Below are positions 17,346-20,000 of a DNA stretch of 20,000 bases, in pieces. The notes under the pieces were generated by a model, which saw only the letters and a program-made list of their open reading frames with translations, did no database searches and had not been told where the DNA came from. Every line of letters starts with the position of its first letter. Within the stretch, counting starts at the first letter, position 1. A program made the position numbers and the translations under genes. This stretch comes from Acidimicrobiia bacterium (lineage in GTDB: Bacteria > Actinomycetota > Acidimicrobiia > Spongiisociales > JAHEDJ01): NCBI GenBank assembly GCA_029210695.1, contig JARGFH010000013.1, positions 44,213 through 64,212 on the forward strand, written 5' to 3'.

Positions 17346-18134
17346 ATGCACGACGGATTCCTGCAGTGGGACGAGTCGTGTTTGACCCCAGGAATGCTCC
17401 TCGCAGGCTTCCGGGGAAGGACGTCTCTGTCTGGCAGGCTGACACTCACGTATGCCCCTCAGAGCTCTCCAGAGGAGATCCAAGCCTCCACGAGATCACC
17501 TCTCAAGGTAACGTGTGGCGATGCGCGGGCGGTTGCAGTGGGGATTCTCTTGGGAGTCTTCTGCGGGATCGCAAACGGTTGGCCGGTCGCGTCGACCCTC
17601 GCCCAAATGGCGACACCGTGGATCGGGGTTGCCGCATTCGTTGCCTATCGAGCGGCAGGAAGCAGCAAGCAGGCGGCGATGCTGGGAGCGGTCGCGTTGC
17701 TGGCTGCCAATGTCGCCTACTTCGCGGTTGGAGTAGCCGCTCGGGGCTCTTCAGGTCTTCCCTTTCTGGGCGGGATCGGTTTCTTCGCATTGTGGACGAC
17801 CGTCGGATTGCTCATAGGGCCGGTAACCGGGGTATTTGGATGGCGGCTGGCCGAGCATCGCACGGCGTTCACTGCGGTCGTGACTGTGGCCACCGTCTTG
17901 ATGGCTGAGCCCTTGGCATTGTGGGTTCACGTCGACCACTTCGATTCCCACTTGGCGTGCCTCAGTGTTGCAGCCGCCGGCCTGGCGCTTCCGTTGATCT
18001 GGTTCCGTCGACAGTGGCGTCAGGCTGCGAAAGGGGTGGCCCTGGTGCTCGTCCTGGCTTACCCGGCGGCGGTGATTCTCGAGGCGGCCCTGATTGCACT
18101 CCGTCAGATCTCTGCCCCGATGAGACTCATTTGA
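17346..18134 (+). CDS. Multi-pass membrane protein (DUF6518-like); start uncertain
   Basis: About 7 hydrophobic helices. The pattern ATPWIGVAAF...AAMLGAVALL..VAYF...FALW...IGPVTG is recalled as DUF6518-like. The first ~55 codons look non-coding. Confidence 0.6.
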   Translation: MHDGFLQWDESCLTPGMLLAGFRGRTSLSGRLTLTYAPQSSPEEIQASTRSPLKVTCGDARAVAVGILLGVFCGIANGWPVASTLAQMATPWIGVAAFVAYRAAGSSKQAAMLGAVALLAANVAYFAVGVAARGSSGLPFLGGIGFFALWTTVGLLIGPVTGVFGWRLAEHRTAFTAVVTVATVLMAEPLALWVHVDHFDSHLACLSVAAAGLALPLIWFRRQWRQAAKGVALVLVLAYPAAVILEAALIALRQISAPMRLI

Positions 18135-18275
18135 GCCAACGCATATCGACGCCGATCGAATCATCACCGACTCCTCGAACCGGGAGTATGTCGTCGATCC
18201 CGGATATTGGGTTGGCACTTTCCGTGATGGCGGCCAACAGCGATGGTGAGGCCGCCGCCCCCGCCGAAAGGCTGC

Positions 18276-18297
18276 AGCCCCTGCAAATACAGGGACT
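18276..18297 (-). terminator. Hairpin just downstream of the tRNA 3' end
   Basis: Minus strand AGTCCCTG-tatttg-CAGGGGCT, 5 nt after the CCA. Confidence 0.45.
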
Positions 18298-18302
18298 TCC
18301 GG

Positions 18303-18347
18303 TGGTCGGACTGGGGAGGTTTGAACTCCCGACCTCTTGACCCCCAG
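18303..18347 (-). repeat. 3' half of tRNA-Pro(GGG), interpreted as the att site of an integrated element
   Basis: Minus strand CTGGGGG-TCAAG-AGGTC-GGGAG-TTCAAAC-CTCCC-CAGTCCG-ACCA gives the anticodon loop, 3' anticodon stem, T arm, 3' acceptor strand and CCA. Upstream sequence offers no D arm or 5' acceptor strand. Confidence 0.88.
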
Positions 18348-18455
18348 ACGGGATCAGGGGGTGTCGGCGACCTGGCGATTCGGCGTTTTCTGCCTTCTGA
18401 CCTGGGCTTTGACTGCTCATTGACTTTCATCGTTTTGCAGCGTTATTCATTCTCC

Positions 18456-18474
18456 CGCGGACTTTTCGCGGACT
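18456..18474 (+). repeat. Direct repeat CGCGGACT x2, putative tyrosine-integrase arm-type sites
   Basis: CGCGGACT-ttt-CGCGGACT with an 11-bp period, about 110 bp inside the att core; a partial CGGACT at 18494-18499. Confidence 0.6.
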
Positions 18475-18550
18475 CTTGACACTTGAGCGGTATCGGACTC
18501 CGACCGAATGGCGATTCCCGGTCTCTCGTATTCGTCATGTAGGCCTGGTA

Positions 18551-18576
18551 TCCTTACGTCGCCTGATTAGTAAGGA
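18551..18576 (+). promoter_or_regulatory. Inverted repeat overlapping the vapB RBS (putative operator)
   Basis: TCCTTAC-N12-GTAAGGA; the right arm overlaps the AAGGAG RBS. Confidence 0.55.
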
Positions 18577-18585
18577 GCTACCCGA

Positions 18586-18834
18586 GTGGATCTCGCAGCC
18601 AAAGTCACATCGAAGGGCCAGATCACCATCCCCAAAGAAGTCCGGGAAGCGCTCGGTATAACCGAAGGCGACCAGATCGTATTCAGGGTGGAACAGCACC
18701 GCGCCATGCTCGCGAAGACCCCCAACCTCCTGGACCTCGCCGGCGCAGTAGACGTACCGACTGCCAAACGAGGAGTGGCCTGGGACGAGGTGCGACGCAG
18801 CACCCGGCAGGCCCGCGCTGAGGCGCGTCAGTGA
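18586..18834 (+). CDS. vapB: AbrB/MazE/SpoVT-family antitoxin
   Basis: AKVTSKGQITIPKEVREALGITEGDQIVF; GTGA overlap with the PIN gene. Confidence 0.92.
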   Translation: MDLAAKVTSKGQITIPKEVREALGITEGDQIVFRVEQHRAMLAKTPNLLDLAGAVDVPTAKRGVAWDEVRRSTRQARAEARQ

Positions 18835-19223
18835 CGGCCTTCGTCGACACCAACGTCCTGATTAGACATCTGACCGGCGACCCTCCCGAGATGGCAGCAC
18901 GCGCCACCGCCTTCCTAGCGGGAGCGGACGAGTTGCTCCTCCCCGACCTCATCGTTGCTGAGGTCGTCTACGTGCTCGAGTCCTACTACGAGGTACCCAC
19001 CGACGAGGTAGCCCGGTTGGTGCGCTCCGTGATCGCGTTCCCTCCCATCCGGACAATGGATCCCGCTCTGCTGCTACGGTCGCTCGAGGTGTACGAGACC
19101 CATCGGATCGACTTCGCCGAGGCGTACCTCGTCGCATCAGCCGAGGCCGCCGGAATAACCGACATCATCTCCTTCGACCGCAGCATCGACCGCGTGACAA
19201 CCGCCAACCGGATCGAACCCTGA
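18831..19223 (+). CDS. vapC: PIN-domain toxin
   Basis: FVDTNVLIR, IVAEVVYVL, IDFAEAYL and ISFDR acidic PIN residues; 130 aa. Confidence 0.92.
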   Translation: MTAFVDTNVLIRHLTGDPPEMAARATAFLAGADELLLPDLIVAEVVYVLESYYEVPTDEVARLVRSVIAFPPIRTMDPALLLRSLEVYETHRIDFAEAYLVASAEAAGITDIISFDRSIDRVTTANRIEP

Positions 19224-19241
19224 CCGAGCGCCGAAGTGCCT

Positions 19242-19881
19242 GATAGGTCTGTAGGTACGTTGCGGGAGTTTGTTCCGTAGCGTTGCAGGGGTCCCGGCGG
19301 GTGTGGCTCTCGAGGTGCCTGCCACCCGTTGGGTTGGCTTTCGAACGAGCTGACCTGCCTGCCGGGATCTTTGCTGGCGGTGTGGCTCGAAACAGGCGTA
19401 GCACCCAATCCGTATCGGGAGTGCCCACCGTCAGGTCCACCGACCCCGAGACACGAGGAGGTGTGTGATGTCGGTGATTATTGGAGTGGACCCCCACAAA
19501 GGATCGCATGCGGCTGCGGCTGTGGATGCGGGTGAGGTAGCGGTGGCTGAAATCGAGGTGCGTGCCACTCGGAGCCAGACCAACGAGCTGCTGGGATGGG
19601 CAGAGCGGTTCCCTGCTCGGCGGTGGGCGATCGAGTCCGCCAACGGGCATGGCTATCTGCTGGCCCAACAGCTGATTGCCGCTGGGGAGCACGTGGTCGA
19701 TGTGCCCTCCACCCTGTCTGCCCGAGTCCGGGTACTGGACTCGACCCGGTCGCAGAAGAACGACCCGAATGACGCTCGGGCGGTGGCGATTGTGGCGTTG
19801 CGTCAACCCAACCTTCGGGTGGTGACTGTCGAGGATCATGTGGCGGTTCTGCGGATGTTGCCGAAGCGTCACAAGCAGCTA
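19242..19881 (+). mobile_element. IS110-family element, left part (interrupted by IS630)
   Basis: Long structured non-coding left end followed by a DEDD recombinase N-terminus. The left boundary is inferred just after a CT core at 19240-19241. Confidence 0.85.
19257..19434 (+). ncRNA. Putative IS110 bridge RNA
   Basis: Hand-folded: 5' hairpin (19257-19283), target-binding domain (19290-19369) and donor-binding domain (19374-19434). Loop segment GAGGTGCCT matches the flank GAAGTGCCT. Confidence 0.75.
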
Positions 19882-19896
19882 GTGGTCTGTCGCTGA
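19468..19896 (+). pseudogene. IS110 transposase/recombinase, N-terminal DEDD domain only
   Basis: IIGVDPHK, WAIES and KNDPNDA provide D-E-D-D; GAGGAGG RBS. The frame runs into foreign sequence after KRHKQL and stops; no C-terminal Tnp20 domain lies in the window. Confidence 0.88.
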
Positions 19897-20000
19897 AATG
19901 GCGAACCGGTGTAGTGTTGGGGAATGGTTGCTACTGCTGAAGCGTTGCGGATGTCGCCCGAGCAGCGCAGTGAACTTGAGTCGATGGCGAAGTCTCAGAC
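19882..20000 (+). mobile_element. IS630-family element, left end
   Basis: Begins at CTAG (TA at 19880-19881), exactly where IS110 similarity breaks; a new ORF follows at 19924. Confidence 0.72.
19924..20000 (+). CDS. IS630-family transposase N-terminus (partial, not in ORF track)
   Basis: MVATAEALRMSPEQRSELESMAKSQ resembles the L-x-L-S-x-E-x-R-x-E-L-E start of IS630 transposases. TAGTGT -10 box at 19912-19917, 6 nt upstream of the ATG. Confidence 0.68.
   Translation, partial: MVATAEALRMSPEQRSELESMAKSQ

Larger units (their letters stand above)
18303..20000. mobile_element. End of a tRNA-Pro-integrated genomic island (continues beyond the window)
   Basis: tRNA fragment, arm-like direct repeats, a TA module and nested IS elements. 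Confidence 0.72.

Noticed and set aside
18303..18380. Complete tRNA-Pro gene
   Set aside because: There is no D arm or 5' acceptor strand complementary to CAGTCCG, so it is treated as an att fragment.
1..20000. CRISPR array or integron attC cassette array
   Set aside because: No regularly spaced repeats were seen by eye, and there are no cas or intI genes.

Overview
GC-rich (roughly 60-65% by eye) actinobacterial DNA, most like Acidimicrobiia (inferred from gene content and order). Bases 1-12015 are a minus-strand core region. It holds an Opp/Dpp-type peptide ABC transporter (oppABCDF) followed by a rearranged version of the conserved actinobacterial cluster: CDP-alcohol phosphatidyltransferase, gcvH, FHA/GarA-like, MerR-like, then D,D-carboxypeptidase, a divergent hpt, DUF151 nuclease and a K+ channel. 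Bases 12383-15887 are an uncharacterised three-gene plus-strand operon: a membrane-anchored solute-binding-fold protein, its paralogue fused to a MIDAS VWA domain, and a 2-TM/helical protein. Next come a P-loop protein with an atypical Walker A, a DinB/mycothiol-transferase-like gene and a membrane protein. At 18303-18347 lies the 3' half of tRNA-Pro(GGG) with integrase arm-like repeats beside it, which marks the boundary of an integrated island. Inside the island are a vapBC toxin-antitoxin pair and an IS110 element, and an IS630 inserted at a TA truncates the IS110 recombinase. The ~225-bp non-coding left end of the IS110 folds like a bridge RNA, with a guide that visibly matches the flanking insertion site.
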